Of a stretch of 64,000 nucleotides of DNA, positions 18,588-28,218 are shown piece after piece. Position 1 is the first letter of the stretch; every line of letters begins with the position of its first letter. Origin of the DNA: a virus; the IMG/VR virus record IMGVR_UViG_3300011116_000922, positions 1 to 64,000 of that record; one strand, written 5' to 3'. The notes under the pieces were generated by a model. That model was not told the origin of the DNA. It ran no database searches and worked only from the letters and a program-made list of their open reading frames with translations. The position numbers were made by a program, and so were the translations under genes.

Positions 18588-21500
18588 ATGGCTTACGACC
18601 CTAGCATCTTTAATATCTCGCCGTATTACGACGATTTTGATCCGAACAACAAGTTTCTGCGGATGTTGTTCAAGCCGGGGTACGCTGTTCAAGCCCGTGA
18701 ATTGACTCAATTACAGACGGTTCTTCAGAATCAAATCTCAAAAATTGGCGATCACCTGTTCAAAGACGGATCCCGGATTGTCGCGGCTCCCATCAGTGTT
18801 CGCAATGCCAATTTCTTGGGTCTAAACACCGGAACGGGAACGCCGTTTGCTGCGTTTAGTTCCGCTAACTGGTCGTCCCTTGTGGGCGGAACGGTGTATT
18901 GGGGTGCTACCGCAAGCGCAAATATTTCTCATGTGCTGCCACCCCAAACCGATGACAAACTGTTTGTGGTGGTGGACTACACCAGTGGTTACAGCACTCA
19001 AATTCCCATTACTGGTGTCACGGTTGGAATCACAGCGGGCGATGGCTCTGCGTATTCTCCGTTTGTTACCGCGGGAGCAACCTACAACGGTCTATGCAAA
19101 CTCGTCACCATTGGTGACGGTATTTTCTATGTTGACGGCGCATTTGTAGTCAACGATCAGCAGACCTTTACCCCATATTCGGTGAGCGGCAGTCAGCGCA
19201 ACTTGAGCGGAACTGTTGGCGGTGTCACCTTTGCAGGAATCGACAAAAAGGTTGGTTTCACCATTACCCGTGATACGGTCACCTCGGCAGAAGACGATAC
19301 TCTGCTAGACCCTTCGTTTGGTTCTCCCAACTACAATGCACCGGGAGCGGATCGGTATGTGATTAACCTGACACTGGATCAGGTTGACACAACCGAGACT
19401 CCTGATGATTTTATTGAACTGGTTCGTTTTGAAGACGGAAAAATCACCAAGAAGGTGGACAAGGTTGTTTACGGTGATATTTCTAAATTGCTGTCCACGC
19501 GAACCTATGATGAGTCCGGTTCTTATGTGGTGAATCCATTTGAAATCAGTGTGCGAGAGTCTTCCACCGCATCGGAAAATCTAGATGTTGTGATTGGTCC
19601 GGGTAAGGCATATGTCTACGGCGTTGAGGTTGAAACCAAGTATCCGACCATTCTTGGCATTTCCAAGGGTCGGCAGACATACACCGAAACATCAAATTTC
19701 TCATTCAATGTAGGAAATGTAATTGGTGTGTGCTTGGACAGATCCACAAGTGGAGCAGGTGGAATAACCGCATACAACTATCTGACAAATATGAATGCGG
19801 GTGGTTCGGTTGTGCGTTTCCGAAACTCCAGTAACGCGGTTATCGGTGAAGCAAAGGTTCACGGATTTATTCCTGTTAGTGGATTTAGCGGGTGGGCAGG
19901 ATTCACGAACACAGCAAGCAATGTTGGCGCAACTGCGGGTTCGCAGTACTCTCTGTATTTCTATGGAGTTTGTGCGGGTTCGGTTATTTCCGGCGCAGCA
20001 AATGCGATTGTTTACGGGCAGATTGGAAATACCGCAGGAATCACTTTCGCGGTGCTGTATCCCCGTAGTGGAACTACTTTTGGCCCAATCGGTGGCAGTG
20101 CGTCATCCGACACTAGCCTTGTTTACGAAATCACACCATCCCAAGGCATCAGTGCATTCACCGAAGTGGTTTTCTACGGCAAGGCAGTAACCACATCATC
20201 CACAGGTTGGGGTGGCGGTGCGGCTGCAACATGGGCAGCAGGCAATGGATTGACGGGTGCTACATTTACATTTAGCCGTGCCGAACTTGATCTGCCAACC
20301 AATAACAACATCAGTCTTATTTGGTCGGATTCCATTACTACAACTCCAACCACTGATAACAATCTTCTGAACAAATATCAACTCATCAGCGGAAGTGGAG
20401 TCACTGCGGGATTGGTTGTGTCTCCCGCAGATCGTGATGGCGTAATCTCAAATGCAACCATCTATAAGTCAGGAGAATACATCAAACTGGCAGTTTCCGG
20501 TTTCCATCCGGGATTCACCGCACCAGTAAAGATTATTGCTCCGTACAAGTACACTATCAATACTGCTAGTTTGGCAACGCCGTCTACATGCATCCGCACC
20601 AAGACGGTTACCAATTACAGCATGACCGGAACCACGGTCACCCCCACTCTATCGCTCATCAACGGTCGGGTTGGTTTCACCTTGCCACATTGGGATGTGT
20701 ACTCTGTGTCCGGTATTTGGAGACAGGGCATTAGTATCCTTACGGACTTTGAATTGGATGACGGTCAACGCGAAGGATTCTACGATTACGCTGCTCTTGT
20801 GGTCAAGAAGTCCAAAGAAGCGGCAACTATGGTCGGAACGCCTGCTGCCTCATATGCTGTTGGTCAGGCTCCAAGCGGAATTTCTTACGCATACAGATAC
20901 TATCAGCACGGTGGAGTGTCGTTTGCTCCATTCCTTGGAAAGCACTCATATGTGGGCGTAACCTACAGCGAAATTCCGCTGTTCACCAATCCACGAACCG
21001 GAAGAACCGTATCACTGGCTAACTGCATGGATTTCCGTCACAGTGGTCCAACCTTTGACGCGGTTGTAGCCAAGCCCTACGGCTCATATGAAGGCTTCAC
21101 GGTATACACAGGCGCAACATGGAGCAACTTCATGCCCCGTATTGATCGCTTGAGTGTAAAGATCAATCCTTCGGATATGTCCACTTCGTTTGCCGTTGAC
21201 ACTGGAGATGTGGGTGATTTGTCTCCCGCTTCCCCGCCGGAAACCGAAAATTCCATGACTCTTGCCACATTGGTTGTTCCTGCGTATACACAGAGCGCAA
21301 CTGATGTTGTGGTAAACAAGAACGATGTTCGCCGCTACACAATGTCGGACATTCACAATGTGGAAAAACGAATTGACGATGTGGAATCGTTTACGAAACT
21401 GTCCCTGTCTGAAGGAGAGATGGACATGGTGTCCATCAAGACAGATATTGATTCGTATATCACTCTCGGTGGAACAACCGGAACATCCACGAACATCTAC

Positions 21501-23828
21501 TCTGTGACCACCGAACCAGTAAAGACCTCCATCTTTACAGACGATTTCTTTGGTCATGCGGGTGGAGATGTTTCTGATGTGAATCACCGTTGCTCCGTGG
21601 ACTACGAGTACGGCGAGATGCGTTCGCTGTTCTTGCACAAACCGCTTACTAGCCCACTCACAATTGCTGGAACTACATCTTCCGCAATGGTTTCTCCCGA
21701 TGGTCTGATTACGATGAGTTACACCGCCACTCCGTACATTACGAGTGATGGGTACAACAAGACCGTAAAGATCAATCCAACAGGAACCGTGAACTGGCTT
21801 GGATTTATTGACATCTCCAAGCAGTACGAACCCCAGTTTGAAACCGCTGTTCGTCCGGTTGTGTACACCAACAACCTGTTGGAAAACGACAACTGGATTG
21901 GTTCCAATGCTAACGACACTCGCGGATTCGGAACCCAGTGGAATGATTGGGAATACCTGTGGACGGGTACACAGATTCGTGCCGATCAAAAGGACGATGT
22001 TCAGAAGAGAATACTGGAAACTCCCCGAGTCAATTCCACCTCTTCTATTCCAACTGTAAATTCGGGCAATGAAAAGACATCCGTTAGCCGTCACGCACCC
22101 TCTGTAGAGCAGAAGGTGGGCAATCTAGTCACCGCAAGTCGCTTGATCGGCAGAAGCCGCTACAAGACGCAGGACAATCGGATTGTGGATCGAACCGTTG
22201 TTCCGTACATTCCCGCTTCGTCTTCGAATATCGGAGTCACGGCTTACGGAATGCGCCCCAATTCTAATGGACTCGCTTTGTATGTGGACGGCGTACTGGT
22301 AAAGAGCGGACTAACGACAAATGCCAACGGCACGGTCGGAGTCACCTTTGCGTTCTCTTCAGGCGGAAACCTGTCGGGCGAGAAGTCCATCCGCATCAGC
22401 GACAATGCAACCACACAGAACGCAACCCAAGCCGCAGACAAGGTGTTCTACTGCAAGGGAACCGTTAATCAGCGGGTTGACGGTGTGTACTCCACCCGCA
22501 ATCCCGAGTATCGCCGTCAGACTGTTACGAGCGAAGGCATCATCAAGGATCCCTTTAACCGTGAAGTGTCATACGACAATATTCAGGAAACACTCCAAAA
22601 CAACAGTTGGATTGATCCGCTGTGCCAGACCTTTGTTGTGGACAAGAAGGCATATCCCGAAGGCGTGTTTGCCAAGAGCGTAGACTTGTACTTCTCTGCG
22701 AAGGACAGCACTCTTCCGGTCACCGTGCAGTTGCGCCCAACGGTAAACGGCTATCCGTCACCATCGGTATCGTTCCCGTTCACCACAGTTACCCTGTTGC
22801 CGTCTTCAGTCAGCACGGGAACCTCGGGAACCAACAACGATCCGGTTGCCACCACATTCAACTTCAGCAGCCCCGTGTATCTTGAGCCGGGTGAATACGC
22901 AATTGCCGTAATCACCAACAGCAAGAACTACGAACTGTACGCAAACGATTCGGGAATCAATCTCACGAATACGGGTCGCAGCAACAGTCCGTTTGTGGGA
23001 ATCTTGTATCAGCCACAGAGCATTGGTGCAGCAGTGCAAGACCTGTCCACCGACATTGCTTTCGGTGTGAATATCTGCTCGTTCACCACTGCAACCAGTG
23101 GAACAGCAAACTTTACTGGAACACTATTCCTACCAGTTTCGGATTGTCAGGTTATCAAGATCAGTGTGCCAACGATTGTTCCCACCGGATGCTCGTATCA
23201 GATGAAGATTGATCCATCGGGAACTCCGTTGAATATTTACAATAATCAGAATGCATATCTGACTTCTGTATACGGGGCAAACAAGGAATTTGGATTCTCC
23301 CTCACCAAGCCGTCCAAGACTTACATCTCGCCTGCGGTTGATGCAGGAGTGTTCTTCGGAATGGGTGCCAAGATGATTGCCACATCGGCAACCAATCCCA
23401 ACACTGTCACCACCGAACCAAGTTCGTCCTATGTGTCCAAGGCAATCACTCTTCCCGATGAGTTGGCTTCCAATGCCATCTTTGCCACGGCAGAAGTATG
23501 CTGCCCATATGGATCAGAAGTTCGTGCCTATGTGCGGTGGTCGGATCGTGGTGAAAGCGACCTGTTCGGCAAGCAGTGGACACAGATGACTGCTGTCAGC
23601 GGATTGGGAAGCCCCAAGTTCCCGTTCACGGCAAACTCCAATCTGTCCAAGAACGAGTACGATTTCCGTCCCACTCGTTGGGCGTGGTTTGGTTCAAACA
23701 CCACCCCAACCGTCCGTGCGTATCAGGTTCTCCTGATGTACACAACCACACTATCGGGTTCCGGCAAGGTTTACTCCAAGTTGCCTGCCACACGCAATTT
23801 CCGAATGAGCAGTTTCCGTAGTATATGA
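18588..23828 (+). CDS. DUF4815 / VrlC-like large virion structural protein
   Basis: SPYYDDFD, LFKPGYAVQARELTQLQ, NYNAPGADR, RTYDESGSY, GPGKAYVYG, RRYTM.DI, DPLCQTF. Confidence 0.88.
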   Translation: MAYDPSIFNISPYYDDFDPNNKFLRMLFKPGYAVQARELTQLQTVLQNQISKIGDHLFKDGSRIVAAPISVRNANFLGLNTGTGTPFAAFSSANWSSLVGGTVYWGATASANISHVLPPQTDDKLFVVVDYTSGYSTQIPITGVTVGITAGDGSAYSPFVTAGATYNGLCKLVTIGDGIFYVDGAFVVNDQQTFTPYSVSGSQRNLSGTVGGVTFAGIDKKVGFTITRDTVTSAEDDTLLDPSFGSPNYNAPGADRYVINLTLDQVDTTETPDDFIELVRFEDGKITKKVDKVVYGDISKLLSTRTYDESGSYVVNPFEISVRESSTASENLDVVIGPGKAYVYGVEVETKYPTILGISKGRQTYTETSNFSFNVGNVIGVCLDRSTSGAGGITAYNYLTNMNAGGSVVRFRNSSNAVIGEAKVHGFIPVSGFSGWAGFTNTASNVGATAGSQYSLYFYGVCAGSVISGAANAIVYGQIGNTAGITFAVLYPRSGTTFGPIGGSASSDTSLVYEITPSQGISAFTEVVFYGKAVTTSSTGWGGGAAATWAAGNGLTGATFTFSRAELDLPTNNNISLIWSDSITTTPTTDNNLLNKYQLISGSGVTAGLVVSPADRDGVISNATIYKSGEYIKLAVSGFHPGFTAPVKIIAPYKYTINTASLATPSTCIRTKTVTNYSMTGTTVTPTLSLINGRVGFTLPHWDVYSVSGIWRQGISILTDFELDDGQREGFYDYAALVVKKSKEAATMVGTPAASYAVGQAPSGISYAYRYYQHGGVSFAPFLGKHSYVGVTYSEIPLFTNPRTGRTVSLANCMDFRHSGPTFDAVVAKPYGSYEGFTVYTGATWSNFMPRIDRLSVKINPSDMSTSFAVDTGDVGDLSPASPPETENSMTLATLVVPAYTQSATDVVVNKNDVRRYTMSDIHNVEKRIDDVESFTKLSLSEGEMDMVSIKTDIDSYITLGGTTGTSTNIYSVTTEPVKTSIFTDDFFGHAGGDVSDVNHRCSVDYEYGEMRSLFLHKPLTSPLTIAGTTSSAMVSPDGLITMSYTATPYITSDGYNKTVKINPTGTVNWLGFIDISKQYEPQFETAVRPVVYTNNLLENDNWIGSNANDTRGFGTQWNDWEYLWTGTQIRADQKDDVQKRILETPRVNSTSSIPTVNSGNEKTSVSRHAPSVEQKVGNLVTASRLIGRSRYKTQDNRIVDRTVVPYIPASSSNIGVTAYGMRPNSNGLALYVDGVLVKSGLTTNANGTVGVTFAFSSGGNLSGEKSIRISDNATTQNATQAADKVFYCKGTVNQRVDGVYSTRNPEYRRQTVTSEGIIKDPFNREVSYDNIQETLQNNSWIDPLCQTFVVDKKAYPEGVFAKSVDLYFSAKDSTLPVTVQLRPTVNGYPSPSVSFPFTTVTLLPSSVSTGTSGTNNDPVATTFNFSSPVYLEPGEYAIAVITNSKNYELYANDSGINLTNTGRSNSPFVGILYQPQSIGAAVQDLSTDIAFGVNICSFTTATSGTANFTGTLFLPVSDCQVIKISVPTIVPTGCSYQMKIDPSGTPLNIYNNQNAYLTSVYGANKEFGFSLTKPSKTYISPAVDAGVFFGMGAKMIATSATNPNTVTTEPSSSYVSKAITLPDELASNAIFATAEVCCPYGSEVRAYVRWSDRGESDLFGKQWTQMTAVSGLGSPKFPFTANSNLSKNEYDFRPTRWAWFGSNTTPTVRAYQVLLMYTTTLSGSGKVYSKLPATRNFRMSSFRSI

Positions 23829-24001
23829 GTGTAAAATATGTGAAAAATTCTAGTGGTCGGGGGCTACTGTTGGGCGACACCAAAGCCTTGGCAGTGCTTT
23901 CCGAAAAAGAAGCGGTACAGCAAACACTAATAGCCTTGCAAACGCAGATAGATAATCTACAGGAACGGATTGCCCGTTTGGAAAACGATAAAAAGGACTA
24001 A
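23825..24001 (+). CDS. Small coiled-coil protein, 58 aa
   Basis: Below the ORF-track cutoff. ATGA overlap with the upstream stop; MSVKYVKNSSGRGLLLG...LQTQIDNLQERIARLENDKKD; fills the gap to the fibre gene. Confidence 0.75.
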   Translation: MSVKYVKNSSGRGLLLGDTKALAVLSEKEAVQQTLIALQTQIDNLQERIARLENDKKD

Positions 24002-24004
24002 CAG

Positions 24005-26500
24005 ATGCCGGGAAGCACAGGGCCAGACCTAAACACATACATCATCCCCGAAGTCCAATTGGGCGACACCTTCAACTATTGGAGGGACAGCACCAATACG
24101 GCTATCTACAAACTCAACAAACTAAAGATATACGATGCCGTTACCAGTGCATCTATTGGTGCCACTTACGGAACCACTGGTGCGTGGCAGGCAGTTCTTC
24201 AGCCCACCATCACAAGCGGTCACACCTTTAGTGCGTTCATCACTCTGCCCGGTGGAATCACCACCACATTCCTGTTTGCAAGCAGTGGTGTCACTCTGTG
24301 GAGCAATCTGTATGTGAATGGAGGAGCAACCTTTGCTTCCACCACAAGCCATATAGGCGTGGCAACCTTTGCTACTGGTGTCACGGTAGCCGGAACACTA
24401 GATGTTAGTAGTGTTGCCAAGTTTGGTGCGGGAGCCACTGTAGCCGGAACACTAGATGTTGGTAGTGTTGCCAAGTTTGGCGCAGGAGTCACTGTAGCCG
24501 GAACACTAGATGTTACTGGTGTTAGCAGATTCAATTCCGGTGTGACTTTTGCGTCTATCACCAATCACACGGGTGTTGCAAATTTTGCAGGTGTTGCAAC
24601 CTTTGCTACTGGTGTCACGGTAGCCGGAACACTAGATGTTGGTAGTGTTGCCAAGTTTGGCGCAGGAGTCACTGTAGCCGGAACCCTTGATGTTACTGGT
24701 GTTAGCAGATTCAATTCCGGTGTGACTTTTGCGTCTATCACCAATCACACGGGTGTTGCAACCTTTGCTACTGGTATCACGGTAGCCGGAACTTTTGATG
24801 CGGGTGGTGTTGCCAAGTTTGGCGCAGGAGTCACGGTAGCCGGAACTTTTGATGCGGGTGGTGTTGCCAAGTTTGGCGCAGGAGTCACGGTAGCCGGAAC
24901 TTTTGATGCGGGTGGTGTTGCCAAGTTCCAATCGGGTGTCACGGTGGGCGGAAGTCTTGATGTTACTGGTGTTAGCAGATTCAATTCCGGTGTGAATTTT
25001 GCGTCCACCACCAATCACACGGGTGTTGCAACCTTTGCTACTGGTATCACTGTAGCCACACTAGATGTTACTGGTGTTAGCAGATTGAATTCTGGTGTGA
25101 ATTTTGCGTCCACCACCAATCACACGGGTGTTGCAACCTTTGCTACTGGTGTCACGGTGGGCGGAAGTCTTGATGTTACTGGTGTTAGCAGATTCAATTC
25201 CGGTGTGACTTTAGCCGGAACACTAGATGTTACTGGTGTTAGCAGATTCAATTCCGGTGTGACTTTTGCAGGTGTTGCAACCTTTGCTACTGGTGTCACT
25301 GTAGCCGGAACCCTTGATGTTACTGGTGTTAGCAGATTCAATTCCGGTGTGACTTTAGCCGGAACCCTTGATGTTACTGGTGTTAGCAGATTCAATTCGG
25401 GGCTAACGCTATCTGCTGTTACTGTTAATGGTATTTCACGATTCAATGGTTCAAATGTTTCAATTGGAACTGCTGCGCCGGGTGCGTCCCTTGATGTGTC
25501 TGGACAAATCAGAGTCAGGCAGGGAGGATCATATACAGATCCATCAAGCGAAGGTGCTGGTATTATTGCGTATGACAGTACTGGTGGTGATCTGACTATT
25601 TCTGCAAGATCGTCAAGCGGAACCACACAAATTGCACTTCGGACTTCCAACAGTGGTGCAGGTGCTGAACGGATGCGGATTTCCGGCACAGGTAATGTGG
25701 GAATCGGAACTTCTAGCCCACAGCAAAAGTTTGTTGTGTCTAATGGTAATCAAGAAGGAATTGAATTTGTTCCCGCAAACAGTCCAAATCTAAACATTAT
25801 TCAGTCGTACAATCGAACTTCTTCCACATATAACACTCTTGATTTGCGGGCAAGCGATTACAAATTTCGCATCTCTGGCACCGAACTAATCACGATTAAT
25901 AGTTCGGGTGATGTAAATATTGCTTCTACTACTTCATCTACTTCTAGCCCAACAGGTGCGCTCACGGTTGCTGGCGGTGTGGGTGTTGCGGGTGCGCTGA
26001 ACGTAGGGGGAACAAGTGCATCTACTTCTAGCCTAACAGGTGCGCTCACGGTTGCTGGCGGTGTGGGTGTTGCGGGTGCGCTGAACGTAGGGGGAAGAGT
26101 CAGCGCGAATGCCATCACGACATCAACCGGAATTAGTTTTGGCAGCAGTACTCTATCTACTCCAGCCGGAACTGCTCCTATGTTTGCGGTGCGGGCATGG
26201 GCGATTTGCACATGGAACGGAGCCACGATGACTCTTCAAAACTCTGGAAATATTCAAAGCGTTTCTGCTGACCCTTCTACTAGACTCGTACAATTCAATT
26301 TCATTACTAATATGCCAAGTTCAAACTATGCGGTATACGCTAATGGAGCGCGGAATCAAGGCAACGCACATGCAGTGGCAAATATCACTGCAAGTGCGCA
26401 GAGTTATGTTCAATTCCAGATTGAGGGTTTAGATGGATCGCAAATACTTGACAGCAATTCTGACAGACTAATAGAGGTGTATCTAATAGTAGTTTGCTAA
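24005..26500 (+). CDS. Tail fibre / whisker-like protein with beta-helical repeats
   Basis: N-terminal DTFNYWR..TN anchor, 18-aa repeats, ERMRI..GNVGIGTSSP fibre motif, TGALTVAGGVGV repeats, C-terminal VRAW...SGNI.SV domain. Confidence 0.85.
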   Translation: MPGSTGPDLNTYIIPEVQLGDTFNYWRDSTNTAIYKLNKLKIYDAVTSASIGATYGTTGAWQAVLQPTITSGHTFSAFITLPGGITTTFLFASSGVTLWSNLYVNGGATFASTTSHIGVATFATGVTVAGTLDVSSVAKFGAGATVAGTLDVGSVAKFGAGVTVAGTLDVTGVSRFNSGVTFASITNHTGVANFAGVATFATGVTVAGTLDVGSVAKFGAGVTVAGTLDVTGVSRFNSGVTFASITNHTGVATFATGITVAGTFDAGGVAKFGAGVTVAGTFDAGGVAKFGAGVTVAGTFDAGGVAKFQSGVTVGGSLDVTGVSRFNSGVNFASTTNHTGVATFATGITVATLDVTGVSRLNSGVNFASTTNHTGVATFATGVTVGGSLDVTGVSRFNSGVTLAGTLDVTGVSRFNSGVTFAGVATFATGVTVAGTLDVTGVSRFNSGVTLAGTLDVTGVSRFNSGLTLSAVTVNGISRFNGSNVSIGTAAPGASLDVSGQIRVRQGGSYTDPSSEGAGIIAYDSTGGDLTISARSSSGTTQIALRTSNSGAGAERMRISGTGNVGIGTSSPQQKFVVSNGNQEGIEFVPANSPNLNIIQSYNRTSSTYNTLDLRASDYKFRISGTELITINSSGDVNIASTTSSTSSPTGALTVAGGVGVAGALNVGGTSASTSSLTGALTVAGGVGVAGALNVGGRVSANAITTSTGISFGSSTLSTPAGTAPMFAVRAWAICTWNGATMTLQNSGNIQSVSADPSTRLVQFNFITNMPSSNYAVYANGARNQGNAHAVANITASAQSYVQFQIEGLDGSQILDSNSDRLIEVYLIVVC
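24323..25399 (+). repeat. Array of 20 coding repeat units, mostly 54 bp / 18 aa
   Basis: Units such as GVTVAGTLDVTGVSRFNS, GVTVAGTFDAGGVAKFGA and GVTFASITNHTGVATFAT; near-identical DNA between copies of the same type. Confidence 0.95.
25935..26096 (+). repeat. Tandem duplication, 84-bp period
   Basis: 25935-26012 and 26019-26096 match at 77 of 78 bases (STSS[P/L]TGALTVAGGVGVAGALNVGG). Confidence 0.9.
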
Positions 26501-26547
26501 TTGGTAAACCGATGCGGTTGAATCCGTAAAGCGGCTCCTGCAATAGT

Positions 26548-26554
26548 CTAAATA
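26548..26554 (+). promoter_or_regulatory. Late promoter-like CTAAATA before gp13
   Basis: Intergenic, followed by an AAGGAG RBS; resembles T4 TATAAATA. Confidence 0.7.
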
Positions 26555-26571
26555 CTTGAAAAGGAGACTGC

Positions 26572-27327
26572 ATGGCTCGTCCACACTCACGCCAAGAACT
26601 CAAAGACTACTGCCTCCGCGCACTGGGTCAGCCTGTTATTGAAGTCAATGTTGAAGACTCACAGGTGGAAGACCGTATTGATGAAGCACTGGAGTACTTT
26701 GCGAATTTCCACCATGACGGTGGAAAAAAGATGTACTACACCTACCAGTTGACTGCCACAGACATTTCTCGTAAGTGGATCAACACCGATCCCATCGACC
26801 CATCCATCCTGACCATTAATCGTATATTTCAGATGGGTTTCAACATTACCACAAACAACATCTTCAATATTCGCTACCAGTTGGCACTGAATGACTTCTA
26901 CGGGTTGCGTACAGGTCAAACCAATCTGAACTACTATGTGTCCACCATGCAGTACATCGAAATGTTGCAGCAACTGCTTGATCCCGAAAAACAGATCCGC
27001 TTCAACCGCACAGACAACAAACTGTACATTGATGCAGGCAGCACCGACATGGTTGCAGGTACATTCCTAATGATCGAAGCGTACTCCGCTGTTGATCCTG
27101 AAGTGGCTACATCCATCTACGACGATATCTTCCTCAAGAAGTATGCTACCGCGCTCATCAAGCGGCAGTGGGGCATCAACTTGTCCAAGTACGAGGGAAT
27201 GCCCCTGCCCGGTAATGTCACATTTAATGGCACAAAGATTTACGAAGAAGCACAGGAAACCATTTCCAAACTTGAAGAAGAAGTGGAACTCCGTTACCAG
27301 TTGCCACCGGACTTCATCACAGGATAA
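26572..27327 (+). CDS. gp13: Neck protein gp13
   Basis: YCLRALG.PVIEVNV, FLKKYATALIKRQWG.NL.KY.G..LPG.VT.NG. Confidence 0.95.
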   Translation: MARPHSRQELKDYCLRALGQPVIEVNVEDSQVEDRIDEALEYFANFHHDGGKKMYYTYQLTATDISRKWINTDPIDPSILTINRIFQMGFNITTNNIFNIRYQLALNDFYGLRTGQTNLNYYVSTMQYIEMLQQLLDPEKQIRFNRTDNKLYIDAGSTDMVAGTFLMIEAYSAVDPEVATSIYDDIFLKKYATALIKRQWGINLSKYEGMPLPGNVTFNGTKIYEEAQETISKLEEEVELRYQLPPDFITG

Positions 27328-27330
27328 CAC

Positions 27331-28218
27331 ATGGGAGTAAACCCATATTTTCGTCGGAATGTATCAGGAGAGCAGAATCTCCTAGAATCATTGACCACCG
27401 AAGCCATCAGGATTCACGGTCACGAAATGGTGTACATTCCCCGAGAAGCAGTCACGAACGACAAGATTCTTGGCGAAGAGGTGTCCAAGTTCAAGGACGC
27501 TAATCGCATAGAAATGTACATGGAGAACTCCGAGGGGTTCGATGGCGAAAGTGACATGACCCGCTTTGGTTTGGACATTCGCGCAAACTGCACATTCAGT
27601 GTTTCCAAGCGGCGTTTCTTGGAAGTCATGGGACACAATGAAACCATTCGTGATCTTGGTCGCCCCCGCGAAGGCGATCTGATTTACTTTGATTATCCGT
27701 TTGCCATTTTTGAAATCAAGTATGTGGAACACGACAACCCGTTCTACCCACTGGGTCAGCGATACGCATTCAAATTGTACTGCGAAGTATTCAAGTACAC
27801 ACAAGAACAAATCGACACAGGCGAAAGCGACATGGACGCAATTGTTTCGGCTATTGCCACATTCTCAAAGAAACTCGTACTCAACAGTTCTTCGCAGTTT
27901 ACTGTTGGTGAAGAAGTGTACGCGGGCAATTCTGCCACGCCACACGCCGTTGGATATGTGGACAAATGGGTTGCAACCAACGACAATCCGTCTGTTTACT
28001 ACATCACGGTGAATGTCTCCAAAGGTAACTTTGAAGTGGGCGACACCGTGATTGGCAGAACCAGTGGTGCGTCTTCAGTGATTACGGCAGTCACCGATAC
28101 GAACATCCGCGTCACCAATGCCAACATTCAGGACAACGAAGCCCTTGATCTTGAAGCCAACCGCGATGCCATCTTTGACTTCACCGAAAATGATCCGTTT
28201 AGTGAGGGGCAGTACTGA
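27331..28218 (+). CDS. gp14: Neck protein gp14
   Basis: EQNLLESL..E.I..HG, YIPR, RPREGDLIYF, FEIKYVEH..PFY.LG, DFTE.DPFSE. Confidence 0.95.
   Translation: MGVNPYFRRNVSGEQNLLESLTTEAIRIHGHEMVYIPREAVTNDKILGEEVSKFKDANRIEMYMENSEGFDGESDMTRFGLDIRANCTFSVSKRRFLEVMGHNETIRDLGRPREGDLIYFDYPFAIFEIKYVEHDNPFYPLGQRYAFKLYCEVFKYTQEQIDTGESDMDAIVSAIATFSKKLVLNSSSQFTVGEEVYAGNSATPHAVGYVDKWVATNDNPSVYYITVNVSKGNFEVGDTVIGRTSGASSVITAVTDTNIRVTNANIQDNEALDLEANRDAIFDFTENDPFSEGQY

Noticed and set aside
21084-22094. 336-aa antisense ORF and many similar overlapping ORFs
   Set aside because: They lie opposite well-supported genes, lack motifs and are explained by codon bias.
24323-26500. Diversity-generating retroelement or invertible fibre cassette
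   Set aside because: No reverse transcriptase or recombinase in the window, no adenine-specific template/variable pair and no inverted repeats seen.
26501-26546. Short hairpins after the fibre gene
   Set aside because: Stems of 5 bp or less with no U-tract; not supportable as a terminator or ncRNA.
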